A stretch of DNA of 64,000 nt from the human T2T-CHM13v2.0 reference genome, Homo sapiens, in assembly GCF_009914755.1 (NCBI RefSeq), contig NC_060925.1. One strand, written 5' to 3'. The translations under genes were made by a program, and so were the position numbers. Of this stretch, positions 25,649-42,858 are shown in pieces; within the stretch, counting starts at the first letter, position 1, and the number at the start of each line of letters is the position of its first letter. The notes under the pieces were generated by a model. That model did not search any database. It was given only the letters and a program-made list of their open reading frames with translations, and was not told the origin of the DNA.

Positions 25649-26061
25649 AGAGCAACTGCATTGCTGGAACCCAGCAGAAACATCCTCTCACTGGAGCTTG
25701 GATGGGAGCTCTCTGAGGGCCCTAACTCCCCTCTTTTGGCCTAATGCATTATAGGGACTCCGTAAACATTTGTTAACCAAAAAATGTTTGGAAAACTACT
25801 ACTGTTCTGAGCGGTATTTTTCGTTTCCTTTCTATATTTTTATTCTAACAGTCACTAAACCACATTTTGAGAGTATCTGGAATGGAGAACCTCCAGTGGT
25901 TTAAATAGTTTTACCAAGGAAATGTTTTTCACGCGGAAAGAAGACTGAGATGAAACTTATAGAGACCTTGCCTCACCCTTTCATTTGCCGAAACCATGTA
26001 TTTTTGAATCTAGTGTCTGAGCTCTTAACCACTAAGTCATATTGCTTTAATAATGATGATG

Positions 26062-26290
26062 TGATAATAGGTACCATTTATTGAGCACTTACTGTGTCCC
26101 AGAAAAATGTGCTCAGCACGCTTTACCAATGATCCCTTAATCATCACAGTAATCCTGAGAGAAATATACCCTCATTGTCTCCATATTCTATTTGGGGAAA
26201 TGGAGGCTTAAAAAGATTTACCAAATTTTCCCAGGTTAGTGGAACCAGTACTCCAACCCAGCTCTGCCTGACACCAGTGCCACTGTGCTA
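26062..26290 (-). mobile_element. MIR
   Basis: ataggtaccatttattgagcacttactgtg...atcatcacagtaatcctg...ggggaaatggaggctt. Confidence 0.75.
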
Positions 26291-27099
26291 ATTCCATGGC
26301 AGGCTGTGGTGACTATGTATTTATTGGACTCTGTTCATATGGAAAGTTGTATGCATACAGAAACAGGAACATTTGCTGTAATACTTAAGGGAGTGAAAGA
26401 GGAATGTACAGAAGGCTAAAAGAGGTGAGTATTGCTTTGTCAATTCTAATGTCTTTCTATGATGTTGATATTTGGATCATCTAAGTAAGTGCTATGATGA
26501 AAATAATATTCAAGAGGCTGGTCTGGCTGTCTGTAGAATGAGGTAGATGTAGTGAAAGCTGGAATGGAGGAAAGCAGCTAAGAAGCTATTGTAGTCGTTA
26601 GACATTGAAGTAAGGAAATGTGGAGGAGAAAGATGGCAGTGGAATTAGAGACAAATTGACAAACAAGCGGGTAGTAATTAGACCTTCATCCAATCACTTG
26701 TGGGGAGTGGGGAGCATGGTTCATCATCCTTCAGGATGGATCTGTCCCTGGAGATTGGAAACATGCACGCACACATTTCTTACTTCCACGTTCAAAACTA
26801 TGGTGAGCATTCACAGCTGGTATTTCACAACCTCTTGGATTCATGTTTATTATATCCTGGATGAAGAAGCACTTCCTTTCATCTGAGGCTCACTGGGCCC
26901 AGGGTTGTGTGGTGACCTAAAGGCCGTATCTATGAGGATTTTGTCTAAGAGTACCTCAGGTAAGGGCTCTCAGGAACAGCTTCTTAGCTGAGCCACCATG
27001 CTCCAGATTTGATCTTTAATCTTATGACTATAGAGAATGAATATTTTCAGGTGACTCAGTTCAGTCTCTACCTCATGAAAATTAAATTGAAAAAACAAT

Positions 27100-27300
27100 A
27101 TAGAGATTATAGTTCAAGTCCTCTGCTACTGTTTAACTGTGTAAACTTGGGTGAATGATTTAATCTCTGTCAGCTTCAGTTTCCTCATATTAGCATGGGA
27201 TGGTCCTTGTAAGATACTATGTTGGTTAAATGGGCCCACGCATGCAAAGCACCTATAGTGCTTGGGACACTGCCAATACCTAATAAATATTATATGCTAA
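27100..27300 (+). mobile_element. MIR
   Basis: gttcaagtcctctgctact...aacttgggtgaatgatttaatctctgtcagcttcagtttcctcat...taataaat. Confidence 0.75.
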
Positions 27301-29559
27301 TATTTTTATGATTGAACTATAAATCATAACTACCTTATGTAATATTTTTTTATATGGGTATCAAGTCTAAAACCTCCATATCAAGAGCTTTCTGAGCCCT
27401 TTTTGTCACCTCGTCTTTCCCCTACCCCAATTCTTGTGTTGAGGTTATTGGGAAACTGCACTGTTAATCAGAAGGTAGCTCAGTTAAGTGTGGACTCAAC
27501 GAAGAAAGAAGATCATTGAGATGTGTAATATTGAAGACCTGGGAAAGTGACAAAATATTTATATCCTACAATAGCAGAAGCCTTTTTGTCAATGGAATTG
27601 ATTTGGTTTCTCAGCTCCACTGTCTCATTCTTTTGGAGACTTCTGGGTAAACACATTTTGCTCCTCTGAACACTGTATTTCTCGAATGTTCCTCCCTGGC
27701 AGTCGCCATGTTCTTTCTGTGAATTTGTTAGAATCACTTATTAAACCAAAGTCAGGGTCACCCCTTGTGGGGCTTAGAAGTGCTTTCTTTTTTTTAAGCC
27801 TTTTATCTGTTGATGAGCTTTCGTTTCTGAATATGAATGGTATTTGGTCAAGGTAGGAAGAGGTTTGAACTAGAACAACAACTAAAAGGCACTGGATGGA
27901 CAAATCATATTTAAATGTAACGGCTGTAATCAGGGAAGTTGAAATAGGGAGATAAGAGAGGTTATCCAAAGTTCTGTGTTGGTTGGATAAGACATTCACC
28001 GTTATTATTTTGTACAATATACAGAAACAATTGTCTACTCATACAGCTGGAAGGAGCCATGGAGATTACCTCTATTCCCCACATTTTACAGATGAGGAAA
28101 CTTCTCAGCGAGTAGATAATAGCCTGAAATTCTATTACTTAGAGCAAGCAGGGAAAGTGTTAGGAGGGAGTTGGGGTTAGCTCTAGGCAGCCACATCAGC
28201 ATAATAGTAGTGGCTTCAATTTTTCTTCATATTGCACTGAATTCATTTGTAGTAATGAACCTATCTGTCTATCTATATTATAGTCATCAAATTATCTTCA
28301 GTAACTATGTAGGTGTTATTAGTTTAAACCTTTAAGACCCATGAAAATACTTGGGTTCACCAAGCACGTCTGCCATATGCACTTAAGGAGATTCTTCACT
28401 GAATAGTAATTGTAGTAACTGCTGCCCTGCTCTTGTAATATCTTCTATAAAAATAATAATTTGCACTTCAAATGTCTCTTTCTGTGAGGTGCTCGGCGTA
28501 CCTTGCAGGAATCGCTTACCTAAATCTATCCTTCAAGGTGGTGTATGGAATAGCTTCCAGTGGAGTAGCTCAGTAGGAGGAGGGAAGAGTGCTGAGAATT
28601 CCTAGAATGCAAACCTAAACCTGGGTTTGTTCAGACATAATCCTTAGTTATCACATTAGAATAACACCTTATATTTTCAAAGCTCTTTCATACTTATTGA
28701 ATTAATAGAGCCATTAAACCTCTCTGAAATAGTAGTAGTGGATAGTGTGACAGGTGATTAAAACCAGATGGAGAAGCCTTTTTTGACCCTAACAACACCA
28801 AACTGATTAGTGATAAAGCCATACTTCAAGATGCTTGACTGTAACTCTAGTGCTCTTTTTTTTTTTTTTTTTAACTAGATTATATTAGCTAGAGATTTTT
28901 CTTGATAAGACAGTGGTACTTTTAAGGCCTTTATTCCTCTGGATTACAAAAAAGTAAGTTACCTATTCCTGATTATATGAAGCAAGTTAACTGTTTCAGG
29001 AACATCAAGAGACCTTTACCACATCACAATAAAACTCAAGGTCATTTTGCTCCAGGAGTACTTATACAGGTGATATTTGACGGTAGTACATATCTTGAAG
29101 AGAAAAAAAGTCATTTTGGCTAGGGTAAGCACAGCTAAAGTTTGACACGGCAGCTTCAATGAATCATGCCTCTTTTTATGGCACAATTAAATTTTTTGAG
29201 ACCAACTGTGATTTTATCAGCTATCCAGGTCATCTGTAGGCAGGTCATGATTGTTACATGGGGTGGTGATAATTGGTACAAGGTCATGCCCTAAGCATGT
29301 TATAGACTAGTAGCCCAGCATTGCTAATCATTTTAAATCAAGACTACAAAATTCAACTGTAGCATTTCACTTCAGAGCAAAAACATTGCATTTGCTTGTT
29401 CATGTTGCTATTTCCCTTCCCCTCCATGTCTTTCTCTCCCCAATTCTCTCAATTTGATAGGCTGTAAGAAGCTTCGTACCCACCAAATGCAACCATATTT
29501 CCCCTCAGCTCTTTATTACAAACATGCACTTTTATCAAAAATTTTTTAAAAGACTGAAA

Positions 29560-29760
29560 ATGAGACTCAGAATCTTTTATTTATCACAGAATGGACCCTG
29601 GCTCAGCTGCTTATTGACTGCGTAACCTTGTTTGAATCAGTTTCCGTACTTAGAAAATAAGGAAAGTAATACTTGCCTCATAGAGTAATTGTAAGGATTA
29701 AATGAATATATAAAATCTCAAGCTTAGGGTCTAGAACGTAGTATTTTTTCATAAATGTAA
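29560..29760 (+). mobile_element. MIR
   Basis: ctggctcagctgcttattgactgcgtaacc...tcagtttcc...cctcatagagtaattgtaaggattaaatga. Confidence 0.7.
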
Positions 29761-32700
29761 GTCTCTGTGTTTCTCAAATAGTTGTGTGCATAGGTATCAC
29801 CTACATTGCTTGTGAAAGCTTCAGATTCTTGTGCTCATTCCCGCTCCCTAAGGATTTTGGTGCATAGGACTGGTTAGGACCTAGGAATCTGCAGCTGCAC
29901 AGGTAGATGGTCTGAGGATTATAGTTAGAAGTGCCATGCTGTAGGTTCAAAGCAAATGGGCTGTATAACACATTCTTCATAAATTTCTGGGTTATGGTCA
30001 AATTTCCTACGTTTTTTAGAGAAAGAAATTATAGTGTTCAGGGGGCACTTAACTGGAAATAGGTAGCAACAGAAAACTGGATGTTGTTGAATTTATTTAT
30101 TAATTCACCGTATGTTATTGGGCACCTTCTCTTTGGCAAACTTTCCCATAGCTGCAGGGAACACAGTGATAAACGAGGTAGAGATGGAGGCAGAGCACTA
30201 AGTGAGTAACTCCTTTTCCTGGGAGCCCAGGGCTCTATTACCCAGGGTATGCTGTCTTCAGCATAAGGATGACTCTATCAAGTAGGTCTGTAGATACTTC
30301 CAAGTCTTTACTGCCGAAACTCTCGCCCTTGCCCTAGAAAGGTGTTGGGTCTCAAAGGGAGTTGTCTCAGAGGAAGGGCAACCTGCAGCCTTTATTTTAT
30401 TGGGACCAGACCCAGCATCCCTGGCTCAGATTCAGATTTACTGTTCTTATCATCAGATGTGGAATAAAGGCTTCTGGAACAGCAGATGTGGTTTTCTACC
30501 TATGAAAGTAACATTCTCTAAAGCCTAGAGGATGGAACTTGATCTCTAGGGATAAAAGAGCAACAGTTGCTCTTAGGATCTTGTCTAACAATTGGCTTAG
30601 TAGGTGCTAACTCCAATTCTCATCTACCTGCTCCATCTTGATTTTAGCCACCCATCTAAGCTTCCACTTGCCACCCTTTCTGTGATTATGCCAGCCACCG
30701 ACTGTGCTCTCTTTGGTCCCTCTTGGGGCAGAGACAATCCAGAATGTTGGGAATTACCTGAACTCTCATCTCATTTGTCTCTCCAGCCATGTGTTAGGCT
30801 CTGTGGCCACCCACAATCTCAGGCCCAGCTGTTCTGTAGGACCAGCCCTAAGTGGCCCAGAGAAATATTTTCTTTGGGTTATATCCAATAAAAGGATATG
30901 CGGATATGCTCGGGTCTTGTTGAGAGGCAGCCTGGTAAATGGAGTGAAAACACTAGAAGCAGGCAATGCCAATGTGAAGTCCCTCTGCTCCAGCCAGCTT
31001 CCCAACCTTGGCCAAGTGCCCACTTTCTCAGGAGTATCCCACCTCCCTTCCAGACCAGAAATGCCGTAGGGCTTGACAGCCAATTTGCGCTCTCTTTCCT
31101 ACATCCTGACCTCTTTGACTCAGGTCCCGGAACTTTTGATCCGCAATTATGAATCTCAATATACAACCCCTTGATCATGACCCCTTGCCTCATGGAACTC
31201 TCTGTCTCCTCTGTCTAGCCCCTGCTAAGCTTCGTGGACTTTGTCACTAATCTACTTCACCTATGGTCTTGCTAAGTTGCTTCCTCTGTCACCTCCCTTC
31301 CCAGCCCACTCGAGCTCTGTCCTGCCACTGTCCAAAGTCAAAAGAGGCAGAACTACCTTCCTTACTTTATTTTCTTTCTCCTCTACTTTGCTCTTTCTTT
31401 CTCTTTACCAGAACAGAGCATCTGCAACCACTCTCACTGCATTTTTTTACCACCTTTTCTTCAGAGTCTATCTGAAAATGAAATACAGATTTTTTTGATA
31501 AATATATTTTCATACTGAGGTTGAATAAGAATCTGATCTTTATGATTCTTAGACTTGAAAAAATATATATTTTCTGAAGGAAGTAGACTGTTATCTTCAT
31601 TATCACCTCCGTAAAATTGCAAATGGTCAAAACCATAAAAAATGGCTTTGCTCTATGTGTAATAGGCAAATGAAGGGAATTCATGGCAACTGAAACCCTT
31701 GCTTTAAAGTCAGCTCTTTGTGAATGGAAAGCAGCTGATATTCTGTAAATCCTCCCCAGATAGGGTTTCTTACAGAAATACTGGCAGACTCTCTAATGAC
31801 TGTGACTGCTTTGATATGAGGATGTGGTCAATATCTCAAGAAAAAAGACTGCAACTTTCTACCTTCTGCAGTATAGAGAAGAGAAAAGGAAGTATATGAT
31901 GTTCTCACATCCATCTAACTGAGCAACCAAAATGCTTTATAATTTTTTAATTGATTTGTCTGGAAAGAGTCCGTTCCCTATAGGACTCACAGATCTCCAT
32001 TTACGTAGGGAAGAAAATTGTAGTCCTATCCCCATGGCTGCTTGAAATTCCATTATTGATGTGATGAGCTCTTTGTTCCTCATTTTGATACAGATAAGAT
32101 ATTGAACTGAAGAAAATGCACAAAATATATCTTTCTCCACTAATAAACCGAGAAGTGGTAGTGGTGCCGTTTGTTAATTTGGGATTTATTTTGCTTTGCC
32201 AAATGGATTTGCCATTAATTTCACTAAGGCCACACAAAACTCTACATCAGTGACATGCAGAAATAGAGGTGAGATTGTCCAGTAAGTAGTTGCCAGAATT
32301 TGTCTTGATGATGCTTGATGCAGATTTAAGAGAGAGAAAGCAGATGCAGTCTGTTTCACTGGGGTGCCAGAGCCAGGGGGACTGAGACTGCCACAATGTG
32401 TGGGACCTTTCCTTTCTGAGCACAGCCTGGTGGCAGTCAGCCTTTCCCTCCAGCCCCCACACAAAACAAGTCGGTCAAGCCATGCACGAGTGATCTTGAT
32501 TTGAAGAGAGAGAAAGAAATTTGATCCCCAAGTCTCAGAGCTGAGGTACTTATGCACTGAACTCCAAGAGGCATTTCATTTCTAACTAGCTTAGAATTTC
32601 CCACAGTTTGACAGCAACCCAAATAAAGAAAATACTTGAGGAAGCAAAGTAGATGTGCTGGAAGTTGAGGGCATTACCTGATGGCTGAATGAATTTGACA

Positions 32701-33254
32701 GGCTTTTCTCCTGTTGTTTTGACACAATTGTATTTTCCTCTACACCGCTGATGGAGTGCTCTGCCTAACCACGATGTACCCACCTTCCGTGGCTCAGCTG
32801 AGGGCCACTTTGTCAAATATCTCCATCTTACTCATTCCTCGCCGTGGCCCTCTCCCACCAGGGACCTCCCAGATCACTCTGTCACCCCCAAGACTACACA
32901 TTTCGGCACTTTATGCCGCCTTGTCTTACCCTTTTTTTCATGTTTTATTGCTGCATGGCATTTAATGTTATTACTACAGCAAAACTGTATTTCCCTAGAG
33001 GGAGGGAATTTGACTTGTTCTGGTCTCAAACTCTAAACTCCGGTCAGTTGTGAAGAAGCCTGGAACCAAATTTGCAGCCCATCTCCAGGAAAGTGTATAT
33101 AATTGTGTGGTGGATACTGTGGGTCATGACCCTACTCACGGCTCTATCTAATTGTTTCTTCTCCCTCTTCCCCCTTCCTCCTTGTTGTCAGTCTTTTCTA
33201 AGTTTCTTTCAATCCTTTTAGGGATTGTATGGAGTATAAATAACCTTCCATATG

Positions 33255-33570
33255 CTAAGCCAGAAGTTACCAACATGGGTGTTTCCTGACGCCAGGCAAG
33301 TAATGTAATATAATGACTCAGCCAAGGGAAGAGGGCAGGGCTTATCTCTGCACAGCTGCAGTCACTTGTGGCCATGCTGGAATGAGGGCCCTTTGTTGCC
33401 AAATTTTCAGATTTTTCAAGAGAAGTTAGAAATACAGAGTCTTAGGCAAACTTCACAATATTTAAACATAGACAGCTAAAGTATGGGAATATCCTTGGTG
33501 ATTCCCCTAACCTGGAAAACATATTTGGGTGCCATATTCAGTTTGTGCACCACCGGTTTGCACAACCTGC
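33255..33570 (+). mobile_element. MER103C-like hAT-Charlie fragment
   Basis: tgttgccaaattttcagatttttcaagagaagttagaaat, ending caccggtttgcacaacctg. Confidence 0.6.
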
Positions 33571-34180
33571 TTTAAAGTTTCATTTGGTAGGTATCCAGTT
33601 ATAATGGAACTGACTCTCCTACTGTGGCTTTCTTAGTATAAGGCCACATGCCATGTGCTGATCAGCAAACGCTGTTGAAGGATTTTGAAAAGACTGGAAA
33701 AAAGAAAACTGGTTGTCTAGTTATCTGAAGACCCTGGGCTGTGTCACATCCACTATGAATACACCCTCCAAAATCTGAGACCTTGTTAATGAGCCCTGTC
33801 TTCTCTCCCAGATTCTAACTGCTCTTCAGCGTTGTGACTTAGAGGGGATGCCGTAATGCATGTGTGCCTGGAACCCAGGGAGGCAGAGGTCCTCTTTTTC
33901 ACCCTAATGTGAAGCATGAAGTTAGAATCATCTCTGTGCTCCCTAATAGAGCCTCATGCAGAGCTGTTATCATTCTGGATAAGGGATTCAGGGGCATTTG
34001 CATCCATACCCCCCAAATAGTGGTTCCTGAGAAAATTTCTCTGACATGCTGAGAAAAAATAAAGAATTCATAAAGTTGAAATTATTGAACTTATTTTGAT
34101 ATTAATGTACTTTTTTACTCTGGTTGTCCCAAAATATCTCATTGGGTATATTTACTTGACAAAATGAAAAGTTGGCAACT

Positions 34181-34488
<308 letters not shown>

Positions 34489-35329
34489 GTTGGCAACCTT
34501 AGAACAGTTCCTGTCATCTCTCTTTATTGTTTCATTTCTAAAAGAGTTTCATTTGGTTGCTACCCAGTTATAATGAAACTGAAATCCACAGTGGTCTGTG
34601 AAATCCAAGTCTGTGGCCAGATTTGAGCCACACCCTCAGTTAATGACAGGGCCGGGAGAGGGAGGGAAGGGTGGAAATGACCAGGAACACCAGGTACAGA
34701 TAGAAAATGTCCATCCTCAGTAAGACGGGTCACCTCTGTGAGGGGTACGTGTCCTCATTCAGTCCATACTCAAAAGAGATGTATCCAAAAGCTGTTGTAA
34801 GCAGCTCAGGTTTTGGGGGCAGGGGCTGACCTTTTCTAGTCTTTGAAAGATAATGTATTACTCTTGAGAAATGTAGAATTTTATTGTCAGTGTGCTTGAA
34901 TTCAGCAAACAGACCCGGAGATGAACCCAAGGGACAACGGGCTCAAAGAACATAGATGATACCATGGAACTTTGACCTATTTCATATGAGCATTCCTGGG
35001 CCTGCATTTGGGACTGGCTGCCTTGTTTGTTTTATAAATTGATCCTCATATTGATTCCTTACTTGATGGCTGTGGAAAAGAAGTCTCCTTCTTGTTTGAA
35101 CTCATGTCTTTGTGAGCTGCCTTTATGCTTATTACATAAAAGTCTCCCTGATTCTTGTTGATTTGGCAAGAGACTTCCTTGCTGAGAATTTTGCGGGCTG
35201 TGGTATGGGTGTAAAGTGGTTTGCTGTAATGGAACAGCTTCCAGAAGAGAATCCGGTCTCCGTTTTGAAATGCCACTTCTTGGAACCAGAAGAATTTATT
35301 CTAGGAGGGAGAAAAGAATTATTGATAAG

Positions 35330-35855
35330 TTCATAATTATTCACAATTATTTATTGAGTACCCACTCTATACCAGGTTGTATTTTAGACACTAGGGCTAT
35401 AGTAACCACTAAGCAAAATGCACAGAAATGCTTGTCTTCAGTGGTCCTATGCTTTATTGGGACAAAACAGATCAGAAACAAAATAAAACTCACAACATAT
35501 AAGAACATTACATAGTATGTGAGAAGGAGACAATTCTATCTGGAAAGTCTAGCAGAGCAAGTGTGATCAAGAGTTTACAAGAAGGGATTGCTGTTTAAAC
35601 CAGGGAAGTCAGATTAGGTGTCCTTGATTAAGTGATAGTTGAGTGACAGTGACAACTTTATTTATGCTTTAGAAAGACTACTCTGGCTGCTTTGGGAAAA
35701 GACTGCTGAAAAGCATGGAGACCTGTCAGGAACCCATTGCAAAAGTCCTTGCAGGCAGCTTGGAGCAGGGTGGTGGCAGTAGAGGTGGTGAGAAGAGGTT
35801 AGATTTGGGATGTATTTCAAAAGCAGAGCCAATGTGGATTTCCAATAAACTGGAC
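35330..35855 (-). mobile_element. L2a-like 3' fragment
   Basis: tatttattgagtacccactctataccagg...tttagaaagactactctggctgc...gtagaggtggtgagaag...aagcagagccaa. Confidence 0.78.
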
Positions 35856-36000
35856 CTTTTAATAAAGCTGAGAGAGACTTTACAGATCATTTAGACCCCT
35901 TCCGAGGCCAAGTAGGTAGCACAAGGGAGTGAAACTAGCTGCATGACAATAGAGGCTCTTAGAAACAGGGTGCATTGTCTTATTACATTAAAAAAATTAA

Positions 36001-36322
<322 letters not shown>

Positions 36323-37059
36323 TTATATCTGTAAAGTCAGCCTATGAACTTCTAAACTACATCCTGTAAGAATCAAACCCATTCTTTTTACAGATGAGAG
36401 ATACGGGGTCTTACAAAGTTTATTGACTTCTCCAAGGTCATTAGAGGCAGAATCAGAATCGAAGCCTCAGGCTTCCTCATTTGTAGTTCAGAGTTCATTC
36501 ATTCCATCTGTACTCGAACCATGAACAGCTTTTCCTCCTTGGTGCTGCTCTGAGTGGATGCCACCCATGTAGAATATTCTTTTATTTTCCCACTGGTGTA
36601 GCGTGATGGGTCCATTTTATTTTTCTCTTCATCTCTATCATCAGGTGTCATCTTTTAAAACTTGTGAGCCCTTGGCTGTCCCAGCCACCCCCAAAGAACA
36701 CCCTTGGGATTTACTGATTGGCTCACAACAGTAATTGTGAGCAATGAAAGAATAGGCTAACTTAGCCTCCTCCCTAGTTTGGTTGATCACAGCAGAGAGA
36801 GGAAGACTAACAAAGAAGGCCTATATAAAATGGGAACTGAGGGCTATCTTTTGCTTTTGGCGTCTTGATGGATGCCTAAGGTGGATCAGTATTTGTGTAA
36901 CATAACAGGGGTACTTTACCTGTGGGGAGAGGAGTGACCACTGAAAACACTGTTCAAAGGGGTCATTCATAGTCGTGCATTTATAAATTTTTTTAAAAAT
37001 AGCTTTCTTTTCCTATTATAAAAGACATGTATCTTGGTATATAGAATAATTTGATATAT

Positions 37060-37830
37060 TTGATAAAGAAGGTATTGCCTGGGAAAGGATGTTGAGAAGA
37101 TTAGCTATCCAGGGGAACATTAAGTTGTATTTTCATTTTACATTGTTGACAGAAATAAAAACCTTCATGGATTAAAATTTAAACAGAAAATACTTTTAAA
37201 AACTCTAAGGAAATTTAACCAATATTTATATAGAGAAAGCTTTTGAAACTTTAAAAGCAATGAAAAAAATAGGAAAAAAAAACAAGTAAGATTTATCACA
37301 TGAAAATTAAAACACAAACCCAGAAAAATATTCACAATAAATAGTGAATAAAAAGTTAACAACCTTAATGTGCAAAGTTATCTTTTTCTTGGATAAAAAT
37401 CCCATGGCATCAAATAGAGCTGAGAGGAAGAGCTCACAGTTCATGAAAGAGGAAATACAAATATGGCAAGTAAACTTCCAAGAAAAGGTGGAACTTCCTA
37501 GTAATCAAAGAAGACAAGTTAAACTAAAATGAAAACCATTTTTTTTTGTTTGTCAGATTGGTAAAGGTTAAATAAAATTTTTAATACGTAAAGTCAGCAA
37601 GTTAAGACAGCAGACCTGTTTACATATGCCTGGTATTAACATAACGTGGCATATCGGTCTGAAAAGCAATATGGCAACATGCACTGAGAGCCTTAAGATG
37701 CTGATATTCATCAATCCATGAATCTCACTTTTGGTAGCAATCTAAATATCCGCTCGTAAGATGTATAAGTAATTTTTGCTATAGTTATGTTATGGAATGA
37801 TGTATCTGGAAGTTTATTTCCCTCCACACA
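37060..37830 (+). mobile_element. Ancient L1ME-type ORF2 3' fragment
   Basis: A-rich L1-like text (agttcatgaaagaggaaatacaaatatggcaagtaaac...ctagtaatcaaagaa...ctgaaaagcaatatggcaaca). Confidence 0.6.
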
Positions 37831-39784
37831 TACTCTGTGCCACTCCTGTGCTTTATGGGAGTCTATTGTTAAAAATCTCACTGCTTCATCCAGTGGTAAC
37901 ATGTTTTATGGCCCACAGGTGAGAGTCCCATTTATCACAGAAACTTTGGAGTATACATAAAACTAAAAGAGAGAAAAAGACCAGCCATAATCACAACATT
38001 CGAAGTCAGCATAGCTAATATTTTCATATTTTCCTTTCTAATCTTTGCAAAGTACATTCATAGTTCAAGAGAGTTTTGCTTAGGTGTCATCTCTCAATAA
38101 TAAAAACTTCTCAAACTATGGATCAATTATGCATATGTGCACCTGTGGGTACATTATACATTTATATATGATTATATATAAGCAAGTTTATGTCCTATTA
38201 GTCTCTGAACCTTTCCATCACATCTTAAATTTTTAAAGTTTTTATAAAAATTCTAATTTACCCTTTTAAATACATACCTGCTGTGTGACGGGATGTTAGA
38301 GAACCCAACTCTGTATCTATTTTAACAGCATGGTGGCTTATAGCAAGCATGGGCAATCTTTTATGACTTTGCCCCCAATCTCTCCCAATCTCCTGTAATT
38401 CAGGCATTTCACTTTGCTCAACCTTATCTCTGATCAGCCTCCTCACCCATTACTCATCATTTCACATCAGGAATCCACAAGTAAGCAATTCAAGAACCTT
38501 GAATGGAACATGAGTGAAAGCTATTTCTGCAGCCTAAACCCCTTCAATCAATACAAGAATGTCAGCAATTCTAGAGTCTAAACTTATTAAATTCTCATAT
38601 TATTTTTAAAATGCTAGCCCCAGTCCTCTTTGTCTGATTTCTAATCTCTGAAAGAAACAGTAAATGCAAACATAGGTATTTTAAAGAGATAGGGTGGAGG
38701 GGGGTGCTTTTCCAGGGTACTCTCTTATCATTTTCCTGACAAACTTATGTGATTTAACAGTTACTGGTAAAACCTTTCACCAACAGTTTGTTACTGTGAC
38801 AGCAGAAGCACTCAAATTCAGGGAATGTCGAACTTCATCTTGTGAATTCAGACCTGGCAGAAGACCATTTCTTCACTAGAAGTTGGAAAAATGTCACTCT
38901 CTGAGACTGCAATAAATGGAGCCCAGGGTTCTGCTTTGTGTACTGAGTGAGAGAATAATAGTGTGGTGTCCCTGTAGACAGAGAAGCTGACTATGCTCTA
39001 CGGAGACAGTGTTTTCCAAGATGTGTTAAGTGCAATTCCAGCTTCTCGGCTTTTGATAGATGTTCCTCTAGAAATGTTCATTGCTCAAAGGCATTTAGGA
39101 AAAGATTCATTGCAGGACTTTAATATGCTAAGGTGCAATATGAATCAATAAGCACAAGTTGTAGCACACAACATTTAAACCTGTATGAGCATGAAACCCT
39201 TCTTCAAGGGAGACTAGTGTTTTCCAAGGCCTGCTTTGGGAAATTCTTCATTGGGCACTTTGCTTATGTAGCAGATTTGAATCTTAGTCTGTAAACTCAG
39301 ATATGCAATAAATAGAACATTTCACATTTTTGAAATATTAAACTCTGATTTTGATGTCCCCATCCCTCCCAGGTGGCAGGAAGCTTAACTTTGGCCCTTC
39401 TTGGAGTTCTGCACTGACCTGTTAGTACCATGCCAAAATTCTGGTCATTGCTTATCTGTCACACTTGGCTAGTTGCCCCTTGACTCAGACAGGGCCCAGG
39501 ATCCATCCTAAGGTCTTCCCTCAGGATGCTTCCTGGGCAATAATTGAGTCTCTACTGGTGGGGATGGGGTGTAATCTTTTTTTCTGTTTGCCTTCCTGAT
39601 TCTCTCTCCCTGTACTCCAAAAGTCTTCCTGAGTATACCTAGCATTAGGTTTTACTGTTTTATTTTCTTAATTGATGGCTAGTATTTAAGAACATTATCT
39701 CCCTTCTGTATTATGTATTTTAAATAAGAGTATTTACTGTCTTGTATATACTTGTATTGTCTTGTATATACTTGTCTTGTAAGA

Positions 39785-40110
39785 GCATTTACTGTCTTGT
39801 ATATCTGAATGGGTCACATGTAGTGCAAGCTTCAAGACTGGTTTGATTCAGCGGTTCAACAGTGTCATCAAAGTACTCGTTTCATTCTTCCTTAATGTTT
39901 TGTGACTGTGATATGACATTGAATCTGAGATCTATTCCTTTATGAAGGGGAAATAGCTAGCATTTCCAGGTTTTATATTTGCAACCCACATCTTCCAGTA
40001 GAGAGACACAATGGCTTTGGACAACTTTTCAGAATGTTAAACAATCCTTCTCTCGTAATAGCTTCCATCAAACCTCTACTAACATCTTATTGACCTTCAT
40101 TGCATCACAT
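39785..40110 (-). mobile_element. Ancient ERVL/MaLR LTR fragment (MLT1J/K- or LTR33-like)
   Basis: gcttcaagactggtttgattcagcggttcaacagtgtcatcaa; catcttattgaccttcattgcatcacat. Confidence 0.45.
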
Positions 40111-40114
40111 AAGT

Positions 40115-42449
<2,335 letters not shown>

Positions 42450-42654
42450 TGCTAGGCATTCTTTTTTTTAATGGATTTCAGTGTTTAAAGAATTCAAGAA
42501 GAGCCTTTGATATCTGGTTACCTCTACTTTTTGAGGAAACCAAATCCCTGATGCAGAGAATGAAAGAGTTTGTCTATCTGCTTGAACGGAGAAGAAAAGA
42601 AAAATAAACAGAAAATGTTGCAATTTGAAAGTAATTTTAGTAAATTTGCCTGCC

Positions 42655-42858
42655 ACACCTACATAATCTTATTTAATCCTCACCACAACGTTCGAAGTTA
42701 GGTGTTATTTGTCCTATTTTCATGACAAGGGAAACCAAGGTTTAGGAAAGCCAAGTAATTTACTCAAAGTCACAGAGCGAATGTGTTTATGGTAAAGCCA
42801 GGATTTAAAATCAGGTGGATTTCACACCAAAATAGTTCTGTTCATCGCGTAGTACTTT
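42655..42858 (-). mobile_element. MIR
   Basis: ttatttaatcctcaccacaac...gggaaaccaagg...aagtaatttactcaaagtcacagagc...aagccaggatttaaa. Confidence 0.8.

Noticed and set aside
26420-26965. Isolated strong plus-strand donors (GAG|GTGAGT near 26424, CAG|GTAAGG near 26959)
   Set aside because: No convincing upstream acceptor or reading frame. Such 9-mers are common in introns.
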